From assembly GCA_018825985.1 (NCBI GenBank), contig JAHKAP010000018.1, positions 4,134 through 68,133 on the forward strand: a DNA stretch of 64,000 bases. The letters are read 5' to 3'. The position numbers and the translations under genes are program-made. Of the stretch, positions 38,759 to 48,940 are shown one piece after another. The notes under the pieces are model-generated. The model was not told where the DNA came from. It ran no database searches and saw only the letters and a program-made list of their open reading frames with translations. Every line of letters begins with the position of its first letter. The first letter of the stretch is position 1. Source of the DNA: Candidatus Omnitrophota bacterium. Its GTDB lineage: Bacteria; Omnitrophota; Gorgyraeia; Gygaellales; Profunditerraquicolaceae.

Positions 38759-38986
38759 ATGCTCAAAATTTGTATTATTTGCAAAAAAGGCGAAATGTCC
38801 GGTAAAAGCGTGGTGCGAAAAGGCCTTTTAAAGAAAAAAGGCGGCACAGGCTCTAAAATCGTCCGGGCTACTAAACGTAAATTCCTTCCTAATCTGCAGA
38901 AAATGCGAATCCTGATTAACGGGCATCCGCAAAGAGCTTATATCTGCACAAAATGCCTAAAAAAAGGCAATATCGTAAAAGCCTGA
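38759..38986 (+). CDS. rpmB: 50S ribosomal protein L28 (Zn-ribbon form)
   Basis: RKFLPNLQKMRI is the L28 signature; CxxC...CxxC pairs. It is the only plus-strand gene in the window. Confidence 0.85.
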   Translation: MLKICIICKKGEMSGKSVVRKGLLKKKGGTGSKIVRATKRKFLPNLQKMRILINGHPQRAYICTKCLKKGNIVKA

Positions 38987-38991
38987 TTAAA

Positions 38992-39011
38992 TAGGGACAG
39001 CGACTATTTTT
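38992..39011. repeat. Solo half-copy of the GGGACAGCGACTATTTTT repeat arm
   Basis: TAGGGACAGCGACTATTTTT is identical to 29537..29556. No full partner arm is nearby. Confidence 0.8.
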
Positions 39012-39019
39012 ACAAACTG

Positions 39020-39080
39020 AAATGGGGTCAGAATTATTTTTCTTTGTCTGCGCTCGAAAAAAATAATTCTGACCCCATTT
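39020..39080. terminator. Bidirectional terminator-like 22-bp hairpin between convergent rpmB and recJ
   Basis: AAATGGGGTCAGAATTATTTTT, a 17-nt loop, then AAAAATAATTCTGACCCCATTT. The arm sequence is related to the GGGACAG... repeat. Confidence 0.65.
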
Positions 39081-39102
39081 CCTTGATCAGAACCGTCCCC
39101 TT

Positions 39103-40794
39103 TTATTTAAAGAATATGTCTTTTACTTCCAGAATAAGCGAGCTTTCGCCCTGCCAATCATCCATTCTCGGTAAATAAACTATATCAAAACAACCGGCTT
39201 GAGCCAAACTGCTTTTAATACCAGCCATACCAAATCCTATAGCTTCATAGGTATATTTACCATCAGTAACCCAGAATTTAAGGGTATCCCGGCTTAAAAC
39301 CCTGAATTCCCCTTTAAGCTTTAGGTCGCGGGTATAGAATAAGGGTTCGGGATTGCCTGACCCAAAAGGCTCTAACCTGGCCAGCTCTTCGACAAACCGC
39401 TCGTTTATATCGGATAGACCCAATTCCATATCTATATCTATGGTGGGGATCAAATGCTCCAGAGTTAATTTCTCTTTAACCAGATGATTAATCCGTTTTT
39501 TAAAATTCTCGATATTGCCCTTAGGAATAACCAGGCCGGTGGCATGCTGGTGCCCGCCAAAACTATCCAAAAGGTCTTTGCATTCTAAAAGAGCCTGAAA
39601 AAGATGAAAATTCTTTACTGACCTGCCTGAACCTCGACAAAGTTCATCAGTAAGGGAAATCAAAATAGTCGGCCGATAAAATTTCTCTGAAAGTTTCGCT
39701 GCTACTATACCTAAGACCCCGGTATGCCAACCTTCCTTAGCCACAACCACTACTTTATGCTCTTTAAAATTGACTTCCTGATTAATCAAATCCTGCGCTT
39801 CTTCCAATATCACGCTCTCTATTTTCTGGCGCTGGCGGTTACATATTTCTATCGCCTTAGCCAGACTTTTAGCATCTTCTTCATTTTCGCTCATTAATAA
39901 ATTTAAAGCCAACTCCGCGGTATCTACCCGGCCACTGGCATTAATCCTAGGGCCCAGAATAAAACTTACATATTCAGCAGTGATCTTCTTGCCCTTGATC
40001 CTGCTGGATTCCATTAAAGCCTTTAATCCCGGCCTGCGGGTATTAAAGATCATCTCTAATCCTTTTTTGGCAATTATACGGTTCTCACCTATCAAAGGAA
40101 CAGAATCAGCGATCGTGCCCAAAGCAACCAAGTCCAGCTCCTCAATCAGCATCTGCCCGGTTAGAGCCTGGCAGAGTTTATAGGCTACGCCGACTCCAGC
40201 CAGATCCCGATACTTATACCCCGAACCTCTGACTTTTGGATTAATGATCGCCGATGCCGCAGGCAGGTCATCCTTACGCAGAGGTTCATGATGGTCGGTT
40301 ATGATCACTTCCAACCCTAAACGCTTTAATTCTTTGATCTCTTCATAACTGGATGTCCCGCTGTCCGCAGTTATTAAAAGGCCGGCTTTTTCCTTCCGGG
40401 CCAGATCCAAAACTTTCTTATTCAAACCATACCCCTCTTTAACCCGATGAGGTATATAATGGAATATCTTAAGCCCCAGCTTAGAAAGGGTATTCTTGAG
40501 CAATACCAGGGCAGTGATCCCATCAGCATCATAATCGCTGAAAATAATAACTTTTTCTTTTTCTCTGGCCGCCTTTTTAATCAGGCTGACTGCCTTAGGC
40601 ATATCAGCGAATGAGAGCGGGTCCAACAAGTCATCTATTCGGGAATTCAGGAAAGAATCAGCGTCTTTGACATTATCGATCCCCCGATTAATCAAAACCT
40701 GGGCTATTATAGGAGAAATTTTAAGTTCCTGGCTTAAGGAAGATTGCAAGCGGGGGTTAATAGAGAGTATATTTAATATTTTACGGATTGGCAT
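39103..40794 (-). CDS. recJ: Single-stranded-DNA-specific exonuclease RecJ
   Basis: DHH family: IFSDYDADGIT, ITADSG, VIITDHHEP, GGHQHATG. Confidence 0.9.
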   Translation of the reverse strand: MPIRKILNILSINPRLQSSLSQELKISPIIAQVLINRGIDNVKDADSFLNSRIDDLLDPLSFADMPKAVSLIKKAAREKEKVIIFSDYDADGITALVLLKNTLSKLGLKIFHYIPHRVKEGYGLNKKVLDLARKEKAGLLITADSGTSSYEEIKELKRLGLEVIITDHHEPLRKDDLPAASAIINPKVRGSGYKYRDLAGVGVAYKLCQALTGQMLIEELDLVALGTIADSVPLIGENRIIAKKGLEMIFNTRRPGLKALMESSRIKGKKITAEYVSFILGPRINASGRVDTAELALNLLMSENEEDAKSLAKAIEICNRQRQKIESVILEEAQDLINQEVNFKEHKVVVVAKEGWHTGVLGIVAAKLSEKFYRPTILISLTDELCRGSGRSVKNFHLFQALLECKDLLDSFGGHQHATGLVIPKGNIENFKKRINHLVKEKLTLEHLIPTIDIDMELGLSDINERFVEELARLEPFGSGNPEPLFYTRDLKLKGEFRVLSRDTLKFWVTDGKYTYEAIGFGMAGIKSSLAQAGCFDIVYLPRMDDWQGESSLILEVKDIFFK

Positions 40795-40795
40795 T

Positions 40796-42436
40796 TTACA
40801 TCTTATCCGGTTTGCTTATGCCCATTAGATCCAACCCCAGAGAAAGGACGGTCCTCGCCCCATAAATAAGGGCCAGCCTGGATTGGCTTAATTTTTCCTC
40901 AACTCCCAACACCCGGTGCAGATCATAAAAACGATGGAATGCCTCGGCTAGCTCCTGCAGGTATACCGTCAGCATATAAGGATCATAAGTTTTATAACAT
41001 ACATTTAATATATAGAAAAAATACCAAAGTTTGCGGATAAGTTCAAGCTCTTCTTTTTCTTTTAACAAACTAAGGTCTATCTCCTGTTTATTAATATCAA
41101 ACGCGCTATTTTTTAAAATACTGGATATCCTGGCATAAGCATACTGCACATAAAAAACCGGGTTTTCCGAGGTCTGCTTTTTTGCCACCCCTAAATCAAA
41201 ATCCAGATGGCTTGAAGTCCGGCGCATCAGAAAGAAAAATCTTCCGGCATCCCGGCCCACTTCTTCCAAGACCTCTCTTAAAGTTATATACTGTCCCTTG
41301 CGGGTAGACATCTGCAAAGGCTTTGAGTCCCGGAAGATTGTCGCCAACTGGACGATAATTATTGAGATGGTTTCCGGATCGTGGCCAAAAGCCCTTACCG
41401 AAGCCTTGAGCCGGTTAATATACCCGTGATGATCAGGCCCCCAGAGATTTATCAGGTGCTTGAATTTACGGTCATATTTGTCCTGGTGATAAGCGATATC
41501 CGGAGCAAGGTAAGTATATGACCCATCGCTTTTTATAACCACCCTGTCCTTATCGTCCCCAAACTCGGTTGACTTAAACCACCAGGCGCCGTCCTGAACA
41601 TACACGTATTTCTTTTTTTTCAACTCTTCCAAAGCCAATTCTATTTTTCCGCTTTTTCCCAGTTCCTTCTGGCTGTACCAACAGTCAAATTTTACACCGA
41701 AATCATCCAATTCTTTTCTGATTATATCCAGGATATAATCGGCGGAAAATTCGGAATAATCATTGAGCTTCAAGCCCTGTTCAATGATTATTTTAGCGAT
41801 ATCATATATATAATCCCCCTGATAATGATCCTCGGGAAAATCTATTTTCTCTCCGCTAAGTTCCTTAAGCCTCAACCCCACGCTGCGGCCCAGGATATTT
41901 ATCTGGTTACCTTCGTCATTAAGGTAAAATTCCCGCTGGACCTTAAACCCTAAAAATTCCAGGCAATTAGCCAAGCTGTCTCCCACGGCTGCCTGACGGG
42001 CATGAGCGACTGACAATGGTCCGGTAGGATTGGCGCTGACAAATTCAATAATAATCTTTTCATTTTTGCCAAGGTCTTTACGAAAAAAATCAATCCCTTC
42101 CGTAATTATTCCTTTTAACTGTCCGTGAAAATAAGAATCTTTCAGGTAAAAATTGATAAATCCCGCGCCTTCAACCCGGATATCCTTTAAACTTGCTTCA
42201 AGGAGATTGTTAATAAGGTTTTTTTTCAGGGATTCAACTACGCTGCCGGCTATTTCTAATGGAGGTTTTTTTAAAAGGCTGCCTAGTTTTAAGGCAAGGT
42301 TATGGGAGAGGTCGCCGAAACCCGTTGAAATGGAGAATCCGTAAGACAGGTCGTCTTTAAAATTATCATCTAGCTTAAGTTCCTTTAAGGAATTTTGAAT
42401 AAGGGATATTAATAAACCTTGCAGATCTTCTTTCAT
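40796..42436 (-). CDS. argS: Arginine--tRNA ligase
   Basis: EFVSANPTGPLSVAHARQ (HIGH-like) and a C-terminal DALR anticodon-binding region. Confidence 0.9.
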   Translation of the reverse strand: MKEDLQGLLISLIQNSLKELKLDDNFKDDLSYGFSISTGFGDLSHNLALKLGSLLKKPPLEIAGSVVESLKKNLINNLLEASLKDIRVEGAGFINFYLKDSYFHGQLKGIITEGIDFFRKDLGKNEKIIIEFVSANPTGPLSVAHARQAAVGDSLANCLEFLGFKVQREFYLNDEGNQINILGRSVGLRLKELSGEKIDFPEDHYQGDYIYDIAKIIIEQGLKLNDYSEFSADYILDIIRKELDDFGVKFDCWYSQKELGKSGKIELALEELKKKKYVYVQDGAWWFKSTEFGDDKDRVVIKSDGSYTYLAPDIAYHQDKYDRKFKHLINLWGPDHHGYINRLKASVRAFGHDPETISIIIVQLATIFRDSKPLQMSTRKGQYITLREVLEEVGRDAGRFFFLMRRTSSHLDFDLGVAKKQTSENPVFYVQYAYARISSILKNSAFDINKQEIDLSLLKEKEELELIRKLWYFFYILNVCYKTYDPYMLTVYLQELAEAFHRFYDLHRVLGVEEKLSQSRLALIYGARTVLSLGLDLMGISKPDKM

Positions 42437-42438
42437 TG

Positions 42439-42804
42439 TTAAGCCGCATTTTTTTCTTTAGGTAAACTCATTTTCTTAGCGTCAGACCAGAGGCGCTCTA
42501 AACAATAAAACTCCCTCATCGGTTTATAGAATATATGGGTTATCACGCTGGCAAAATCCAGGGCTACCCATCCGGATTGATCCGCGGCAGATACCCTTGA
42601 GAGAGATTTAATTTTATCTTTCGCCAGGTCTTCCTGTATGGACTCGGCTAAGGCATTCGCTTGTTTTAAAGAATTGACGCTCAAGATAACAAAATAATCG
42701 CAAAAACCACAAACCTTACGCAGGTCCAGGCCAGTTATGTCTTCGGCTTTCTTATTTACAGCGACAGTTACAATACGCAGGGCTAATTTCTTAGAGTCGA
42801 TTAT
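42439..42804 (-). CDS. rsfS: Ribosomal silencing factor RsfS, apparently with a non-canonical (AUA/AUC) start
   Basis: The track ORF starts at an internal TTG (42684). The in-frame upstream sequence IIDSKKLALRIVTVAVNKKAEDITGLDLRKVCGFCDYFVILS carries the conserved RsfS N-terminal half. There is no ATG/GTG/TTG between the TAA at 42811..42813 and 42684. AGGAGA lies 9 nt before the ATA at 42804. Confidence 0.65.
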   Translation of the reverse strand: MIDSKKLALRIVTVAVNKKAEDITGLDLRKVCGFCDYFVILSVNSLKQANALAESIQEDLAKDKIKSLSRVSAADQSGWVALDFASVITHIFYKPMREFYCLERLWSDAKKMSLPKEKNAA

Positions 42805-42897
42805 GGCTTTTTATCTCCTAAACCCGGGCGGGTATAGATAATTAAACTTATCATATACCCACCCTTAGTTAGACTAATTTAAAGATTATTTCAGGGG

Positions 42898-43044
42898 CTA
42901 CTTGCCTAAGATCTTATACATCCCGGTCCCGCAATCAGGGCATTTTCCCTTCATCGCCTTGCGGCCATTCTTCATGGTTACCTGCTGGCCATCCTTAATC
43001 TCTTTTTTACCCTTACATTTTACACAATATCCTTGTTCTGCCAT
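42898..43044 (-). CDS. Small zinc-ribbon protein (recalled as DUF5679-like), 48 aa
   Basis: Not in the track (<60 aa). MAEQGYCVKCKGKKEIKDGQQVTMKNGRKAMKGKCPDCGTGMYKILGK; GAGGAGGAG SD lies 5 nt upstream. Confidence 0.7.
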   Translation of the reverse strand: MAEQGYCVKCKGKKEIKDGQQVTMKNGRKAMKGKCPDCGTGMYKILGK

Positions 43045-43166
43045 GCTTCTCCTCCTCGTATAATGTTCACCAAGAATAGTGAACTTTTGTTTTCAACTTC
43101 TTTGCCTGAAAAACCCGAATTACAAATTATACTATACAACAATTAAATAAAAATTCAATATGAATT

Positions 43167-44180
43167 TTATCTCTCGCGAGAACGTTTCTCTTCAATCTCC
43201 CCGACTATCTCTTCCATTAGGTCTTCCAGGGTAACCAGTCCAAGGGCCTTTTTATGCTCATTAATCACAATGGCGACCTGGGTCTTATCAGCCTGAAATA
43301 TCTTAAGCAGCTCATGAATACCCATAGTGTGCTGGACATAATGGACTTTGCGCAAAACATCCTGCAGCACAAAAAGGCCCTTATCTCTTAATATATAAAG
43401 CAGGTCCCGGGAATAAATTATGCCGACTATATTATCCTTTGATCTGGAGTAAACCGGAAGCTTGGCATACCCTTCCTCAACAGATGTATTTAATATATCG
43501 TCTAAACTCGAGTCAAGGCTTACCGCGACCATCTTATCCTTAGGTATCATTACGCTGCTGACCTCGGTCTCCTGAAATTCAATTACTTTGTGGAGCATCT
43601 TTTTCTCTGTGTCAGTCAAGACCCCATCTTCCTGACCCATCTCGATCATAAAACGAAGTTCCTCCTGAGTTACTAAAGGCGACCTCCTGGCCTGTTTAAC
43701 CCTTAGGATCTTTAAAAGCAAGCTGCTGGCAAAAATAAATACCCGGACTAAAGGGTTTAATATCTTTATCAACAATTCCATCCAGGGAGCGATATACGCC
43801 GCTACCCTCTCAGTATGCTTAGTAGCTATAATCTTGGGGGTTATTTCACAGAAAACAACTACAAAAGAAGCTGAAGATAAAGTGGCGATAATCACGCCCC
43901 ACTGATAGCCGAATGCCTGAACGCAGATCACCGTGATAATTGAAGACATTGCGATATTCACAAAATTATTTCCGATTAAAAGTGCGGCCAGGAACTTATC
44001 CAATTTAGCGATCAACCTCTGGATACTTGACGCGCGCTTTACGCCTTTAGCCAGCATATGACGCAGGCGCATCCTGCTGATCCCGATGATCGAAGTCTCG
44101 GATAAAGAGAAAAAAACAGACAAACCTACCAAAACTATAAATAATATAAACATTAAGATAATATTAACCAATGGCTCCAT
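43167..44180 (-). CDS. CNNM/DUF21 plus CBS-pair membrane protein (hemolysin-family / Mg/Co efflux-like), lacking the CorC C-terminal domain
   Basis: N-terminal DUF21 TM region, then two CBS-like repeats (VSSVMIPKDKMVAV..., GLVTLEDLMEEIVGEI). Confidence 0.75.
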   Translation of the reverse strand: MEPLVNIILMFILFIVLVGLSVFFSLSETSIIGISRMRLRHMLAKGVKRASSIQRLIAKLDKFLAALLIGNNFVNIAMSSIITVICVQAFGYQWGVIIATLSSASFVVVFCEITPKIIATKHTERVAAYIAPWMELLIKILNPLVRVFIFASSLLLKILRVKQARRSPLVTQEELRFMIEMGQEDGVLTDTEKKMLHKVIEFQETEVSSVMIPKDKMVAVSLDSSLDDILNTSVEEGYAKLPVYSRSKDNIVGIIYSRDLLYILRDKGLFVLQDVLRKVHYVQHTMGIHELLKIFQADKTQVAIVINEHKKALGLVTLEDLMEEIVGEIEEKRSRER

Positions 44181-44181
44181 T

Positions 44182-45453
44182 TTATTTTAAAGTAAGTTCC
44201 TGCCTGATCTGTTCTTCCTGAGTTTTAAGCGGTCCGATCATCGCCAGATTAAGTTTATTCTCCTGGAATATCAGCTGGGCGGCTTCCCGGATATCTTCTT
44301 TCTTTAGTTTATCGATCTCTTTGATCACCTGTTCCAAAGTGTAAGTCTTGTCCAGGGTCAGGGTCGATTCGCCTATCCAGAGCATTTGATCCATAGTATC
44401 TTCCATGGCCAGCTCCAATTGCCCGAGATAAAATTCCTTAGCCCGTTTTAATTCATCGTTTAAAACCAGGACATTTTTAATCTTTCCTAATTCTTCCAGG
44501 ATCACCCGGACCGCCTCAATTACTTTACGGTTATCAATACCGGCATGGACCAGGAAAGCGCCGGTATCTTGGAAACGTTTAACCGCTGTGCCGATTTCAT
44601 AAGCCAGGCCTTTATTTTCCCTTAATTCGTTAAACAACCGGCTGGACATATTAGCGCCCAATATTACATGTAATATCGCTTGAGCGTATTTTAAAGGGTC
44701 TTCTCTTTTAAAACTATGGAACCCTATCACTATATGGGTCTGCTCCGTATCTTTAGGCAAAAGTTTTAGCTGAGGCCTGGCCTGGCCACCCTCTCTTACT
44801 TTTATAAACTCGTTTGCAAAGCTTTTCTTGCAACCTAAAAATGCCCTTCCTATGTCTTTAATAAATTTATCATTATCCATCGATCCGGCGGCAGAAACCA
44901 CAATATTTACCGGGGTATAGTGTTTATTCTTATAGGAATCAAGGTCTGCCTTATTGATTGCACACACTGATTCTGCGCTGCCGATAACGCTTGCGCCCAG
45001 CATCTGGTTTGGCCAGAGTAATTCATCCAATAAATCATATACATAGCTCTGGGGCATGTCTTTATACATTTTTATTTCTTCGAGAATTACTGTCCTTTCT
45101 TTATCAATATCCTCTTGGGATAATTTAGGATTAATAACCATGTCCGATAGCACGCTTAAACCCAGGTTCAGGTAGCGGCAGGGCAATTTAACCAGATAGC
45201 AGGTCGCCTCCTCAGAAGTAAAGCCATTCAAAGTCCCCCCCACCCCTTCGATCGATTCTTTGATCCTGCGGCAGGAGTATTTCCTGCTCCCCTTGAACAA
45301 TAGATGCTCCAGATAATGGCTTATACCTTTATTCTGATAGGTCTCATACCTGCCGCCGATCTTTATCCAAACGCCTAAAGCAACCGACTGCATCTTAGGC
45401 ATCGGGCTGGTAATTATCCTCAGTCCATTTTTTAATATAGTTTTCTTATACAT
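44182..45453 (-). CDS. M16-family zinc peptidase (pitrilysin-like)
   Basis: Inverted zinc motif HYLEHLLF; 423 aa. Confidence 0.85.
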   Translation of the reverse strand: MYKKTILKNGLRIITSPMPKMQSVALGVWIKIGGRYETYQNKGISHYLEHLLFKGSRKYSCRRIKESIEGVGGTLNGFTSEEATCYLVKLPCRYLNLGLSVLSDMVINPKLSQEDIDKERTVILEEIKMYKDMPQSYVYDLLDELLWPNQMLGASVIGSAESVCAINKADLDSYKNKHYTPVNIVVSAAGSMDNDKFIKDIGRAFLGCKKSFANEFIKVREGGQARPQLKLLPKDTEQTHIVIGFHSFKREDPLKYAQAILHVILGANMSSRLFNELRENKGLAYEIGTAVKRFQDTGAFLVHAGIDNRKVIEAVRVILEELGKIKNVLVLNDELKRAKEFYLGQLELAMEDTMDQMLWIGESTLTLDKTYTLEQVIKEIDKLKKEDIREAAQLIFQENKLNLAMIGPLKTQEEQIRQELTLK

Positions 45454-46239
45454 TTATCCTTTTAGGGTTTTAACGAAATCGGTTACTCTCTTGATTAAAT
45501 CCGGGCGTTTGATATTCTCCTTGATCTTACGGACGATCGCGCTGCCGACAATCACCCCGTCAGCCGTTTTATTTATCTGCCTTATCTGCCGGGGCGTTGA
45601 AACTCCGAACCCCAGGCAAACTGGTTTATCCGTATATCTCTTGATCAATTTGACCTGCCGGATAAAATCTTTAGGCAGTTCTTTGCGGGAACCGGTGACT
45701 CCGGTCAATGAAACATAATAAATAAAACCATTGGCATTTTTTGCCACGTATTTTATCCTCTCCGGCGAACTGGTAGGCGCCAGAAAAAATATAATATCCA
45801 AACCGGACTTTCCGGCAACGCTCTTAAGTTTATTTCCTTCATCAGCCGGAAGATCAGGGATGATCACCCCGTCCACGCCGGAACAAAAAGCTTTTTTTAC
45901 AAATCTTTCCTCTCCAAAACAAAAAATAGGGTTGTAATAAGACATCAGGCAGATCGGGGTATCGGTATTTTTCCGCGCTAATTTAACTAGATTAAATATT
46001 TTATCCAGGTTAATGTCTTTTCTTAAAGCATGCTGCGAAGACTCCTGGATGATCGCCCCGTCAGCCAGGGGATCGGAAAAAGGAACACCCAATTCAATTA
46101 TGTCTACGCCCGCTTTAGAAAATTCCCGGATTAGCCCGGCGGTAGTAAACAGGTCAGGATATCCGGCAGTAATAAAAGCGATGAATGCCTTTTTATTCTG
46201 CTTTTTTAACTCCTTGAATTTTTTTTCAATCCGGTTCAT
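45454..46239 (-). CDS. trpA: Tryptophan synthase alpha chain
   Basis: [33 protein letters not shown]. Confidence 0.9.
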   Translation of the reverse strand: MNRIEKKFKELKKQNKKAFIAFITAGYPDLFTTAGLIREFSKAGVDIIELGVPFSDPLADGAIIQESSQHALRKDINLDKIFNLVKLARKNTDTPICLMSYYNPIFCFGEERFVKKAFCSGVDGVIIPDLPADEGNKLKSVAGKSGLDIIFFLAPTSSPERIKYVAKNANGFIYYVSLTGVTGSRKELPKDFIRQVKLIKRYTDKPVCLGFGVSTPRQIRQINKTADGVIVGSAIVRKIKENIKRPDLIKRVTDFVKTLKG

Positions 46240-47408
46240 AGTTTTAACGCTTCCGTAACGATCCCCATATCTTTATCTCCCCTTCCGGAGAGGCAGGCTA
46301 TTACAATGTTATTTTTTTTAAGCTTCATTTTCTTAAGATAATAAATTGCGTGGGCCGATTCTAAAGCCGGAATGATCCCTTCGGATATGGATAACATTTT
46401 GAAACCTTCCAGCGCCTCCCGATCCTTTACAGCTACATAGGTCGCCCGTTTTATATCTTTATAATAAGCGTGCTCCGGCCCGACTCCTGGATAATCTAGC
46501 CCCGCAGCAATTGAATGCGTAGGGCTTATTTGGCCGTAGACATCTTCCAAGAGGTTCGATTTAGAACCATGAAGTACTCCGGTCTTCCCGCTGACTAAGG
46601 TTGCCGCGTGCTTACCGGTATTTATTCCCCGGCCTGCTGCCTCTACTCCTAAGAATCTGACTTTTTTATCACTGAAAAATGGGTAAAATAACCCCATTGC
46701 GTTGCTTCCGCCGCCAACACAAGCCAATAAATAACCGGGGAGTCTTTTTTCTTTATTTAATATCTGCCTTCTAGCCTCCCGGCCGATAATAGACTGAAAA
46801 TCCCTGACCAGCATCGGATATGGGTGCGGCCCGGCAACAGTCCCGATGACATAATGGGTGAGGCGCACATTAGTAACCCAGTCCCTTAAGGCTTCGGTCA
46901 TGGCGTCTTTTAATGTCTTAGTGCCGCTTTTCACCGGTATTACCCTGGCCCCTAAAAGCCGCATCCGGTAAACATTCAAACTCTGCCGGATAATATCTTC
47001 CTCGCCCATATAGATATCACATTTTAAACCGAATAACGCCGCTACCGTAGCAGTAGCTACTCCATGTTGGCCTGCGCCGGTCTCCGCTATAACTCTATTT
47101 TTTTTCATCCTGACTGCCAGGAGTATCTGGCCTAAAGTATTATTGATTTTATGTGCGCCGGTATGCAGCAGATCTTCTCTTTTTAAATATATCTTAAACC
47201 CTAAGTCCCGGCTCAGATTAGCGGCAAAATATAACGGCGTGGGCCTTCCGGCATATTCCTTTAGATAATAATCCAGCTCTTTGCGAAAAGCCAAATCATT
47301 TCTTGCTTTCTTATATTCCCTCTCTAATTCATCGAGAGCATATATAAGGGTCTCAGGAACGAACCTCCCTCCAAAATCACCAAAATATCCTTTTTTGTTC
47401 GGCACCAT
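46236..47408 (-). CDS. trpB: Tryptophan synthase beta chain
   Basis: [30 protein letters not shown]. Start set to the ATG at 47408; the track's GTG at 47423 lies inside a hairpin-repeat arm. Confidence 0.9.
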   Translation of the reverse strand: MVPNKKGYFGDFGGRFVPETLIYALDELEREYKKARNDLAFRKELDYYLKEYAGRPTPLYFAANLSRDLGFKIYLKREDLLHTGAHKINNTLGQILLAVRMKKNRVIAETGAGQHGVATATVAALFGLKCDIYMGEEDIIRQSLNVYRMRLLGARVIPVKSGTKTLKDAMTEALRDWVTNVRLTHYVIGTVAGPHPYPMLVRDFQSIIGREARRQILNKEKRLPGYLLACVGGGSNAMGLFYPFFSDKKVRFLGVEAAGRGINTGKHAATLVSGKTGVLHGSKSNLLEDVYGQISPTHSIAAGLDYPGVGPEHAYYKDIKRATYVAVKDREALEGFKMLSISEGIIPALESAHAIYYLKKMKLKKNNIVIACLSGRGDKDMGIVTEALKL

Positions 47409-47416
47409 ATTTATCA

Positions 47417-47500
47417 GGGACACCCCGCCAGCTAAAGCTGAGGGTGTCCCCCTTCCATCATCTTAGGGGACACCCTGCCGATTAGTCAGCGGGGTGTCCC
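47417..47500 (-). repeat. Two tandem GGGACACCC hairpin repeats between trpF and trpB
   Basis: GGGACACCC...GGGTGTCCC at 47417..47450 has a loop containing CAGCTAAAGCTG, nearly identical to 10762..10795. GGGGACACCC...GGGGTGTCCC lies at 47466..47500. Neither is followed by a U tract. Confidence 0.8.
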
Positions 47501-47508
47501 TATGGTTT

Positions 47509-48123
47509 TTATTTTTTGACGGCTTTAATGAATTTTCTGACTTTACTCTGATCCTTTTTTCCCGGCAGCTTCTCTACGCCGCTGGAAACATCAACCCAGT
47601 GAGGACGAAAAGTTTTAATCGCCTGACAGACGTTTTTCTCAGTCAGGCCCCCGGATAAAAAGATCGGCCGGGTAATACACTCCGGATGCTGCACGAATTT
47701 CCAGTTAAAAACTTTACCGCTTCCGCCGAAACCGGACTTGGTATAAGTATCAAATAAATAAGCAAAAGCATTGTATTTTAATATCTCTTCCGGGCCGATA
47801 ACCCCCTTTACCCTAAAAGCTTTAATTACCCGTTTATCTTTAAACTTGGCGCAAAATTCCGGCGTTTCATCTCCGTGGAATTGGAGGAGATTTAATTTAC
47901 ATATTTTGGCGGTCTTTCTGATAAATGATTCAGTAGAATTAACAAAAACCCCGATCTTAATGATCTTCTCGGGTAATTGCCTGATTATACTACTCGCCTT
48001 AAGCGGACTGATGTACCGCGGGCTTTTTTTATAAAACATAAACCCCAAGGCATCGCAGCCTGCGTTTACTGCGGTCAAAGCATCTTCCAAATTAGTTATC
48101 CCGCAAATCTTTACTTTAACCAT
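47509..48123 (-). CDS. trpF: Phosphoribosylanthranilate isomerase
   Basis: MVKVKICGIT start (ATG at 48123, GGAGG upstream). The track's N-terminal extension overlaps trpC. Confidence 0.9.
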   Translation of the reverse strand: MVKVKICGITNLEDALTAVNAGCDALGFMFYKKSPRYISPLKASSIIRQLPEKIIKIGVFVNSTESFIRKTAKICKLNLLQFHGDETPEFCAKFKDKRVIKAFRVKGVIGPEEILKYNAFAYLFDTYTKSGFGGSGKVFNWKFVQHPECITRPIFLSGGLTEKNVCQAIKTFRPHWVDVSSGVEKLPGKKDQSKVRKFIKAVKK

Positions 48124-48148
48124 CCCCGCCTCCAGACTCCAAGCTAAT

Positions 48149-48937
48149 TCACCATCCCATAAGGTCCTTAATCTTCTCCGACCTATCATCAGCCCTTAAT
48201 ATAGATTCACCGATTAAAACCGCTTTTACTCCCAGAATCTTCAGGAATAAAATATCCTGGGAATTTTTCAGGCCGCTTTCTACTACCACTACCTTATCTT
48301 TGGGAACTAAAGTAATTAGCCTCTCGGTAATCTTAGGATCAACCTCCAAAGTATGTAAATCACGGTTATTTATGCCTATTAGAGGAACCTTTAGGTCCAG
48401 GACTTTTTTTAATTCTTTTTCCGTGTGCGCCTCAACCAAACAATCCATTCCTAAACTATCAGCGATCTTCATAAATTCTGATATTTTATCCTTGGAAAGC
48501 AGGTCCGCAATCAAGAGTATAGCGTCGGCCCCAAAAAACCTGGATTCATAAACCTGATAGGCTTCAATGATAAAATCTTTTCTTAACACCGGCAGATCAA
48601 CCGCGCTTTTAACCTCGTTTATAAAATTCAGGTTGCCGGCAAAAAAATCTTCTTCAGTTAGAACCGATATGCCTTGAGCCCCTGCCTCCTTATAAACCCT
48701 GGCGATATCAGCCGGGATAAACTCCTGGCAGATGAGCCCCTGAGAAGGCGATTGTTTCTTTATCTCGGCAATTAAAGAAATAGCTTTAGGCTTATTGATG
48801 GCCGCAATAAACTCCCTGGCCGCAGGCAGCCCCTGAACTTTATTTTTTAGTTCTTCTTCGGGAAGAGCCTGTTTAGCTAAAACGAGCCTCTCTTTTTTCT
48901 TAGCAACAATGTCCTTTAAACAATCTGTTTTTTTCAT
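48149..48937 (-). CDS. trpC: Indole-3-glycerol-phosphate synthase
   Basis: IAEIKKQSPSQG, LRKDFI, IGINNRDL. Confidence 0.9.
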   Translation of the reverse strand: MKKTDCLKDIVAKKKERLVLAKQALPEEELKNKVQGLPAAREFIAAINKPKAISLIAEIKKQSPSQGLICQEFIPADIARVYKEAGAQGISVLTEEDFFAGNLNFINEVKSAVDLPVLRKDFIIEAYQVYESRFFGADAILLIADLLSKDKISEFMKIADSLGMDCLVEAHTEKELKKVLDLKVPLIGINNRDLHTLEVDPKITERLITLVPKDKVVVVESGLKNSQDILFLKILGVKAVLIGESILRADDRSEKIKDLMGW

Positions 48938-48940
48938 TTC

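Noticed and set aside
48124-48189. N-terminal extension of trpF (MIGRRRLRTLWDGELAWSLEAG)
   Set aside because: It overlaps the end of trpC. The canonical TrpF N-terminus MVKVKICGIT follows a GGAGG SD.
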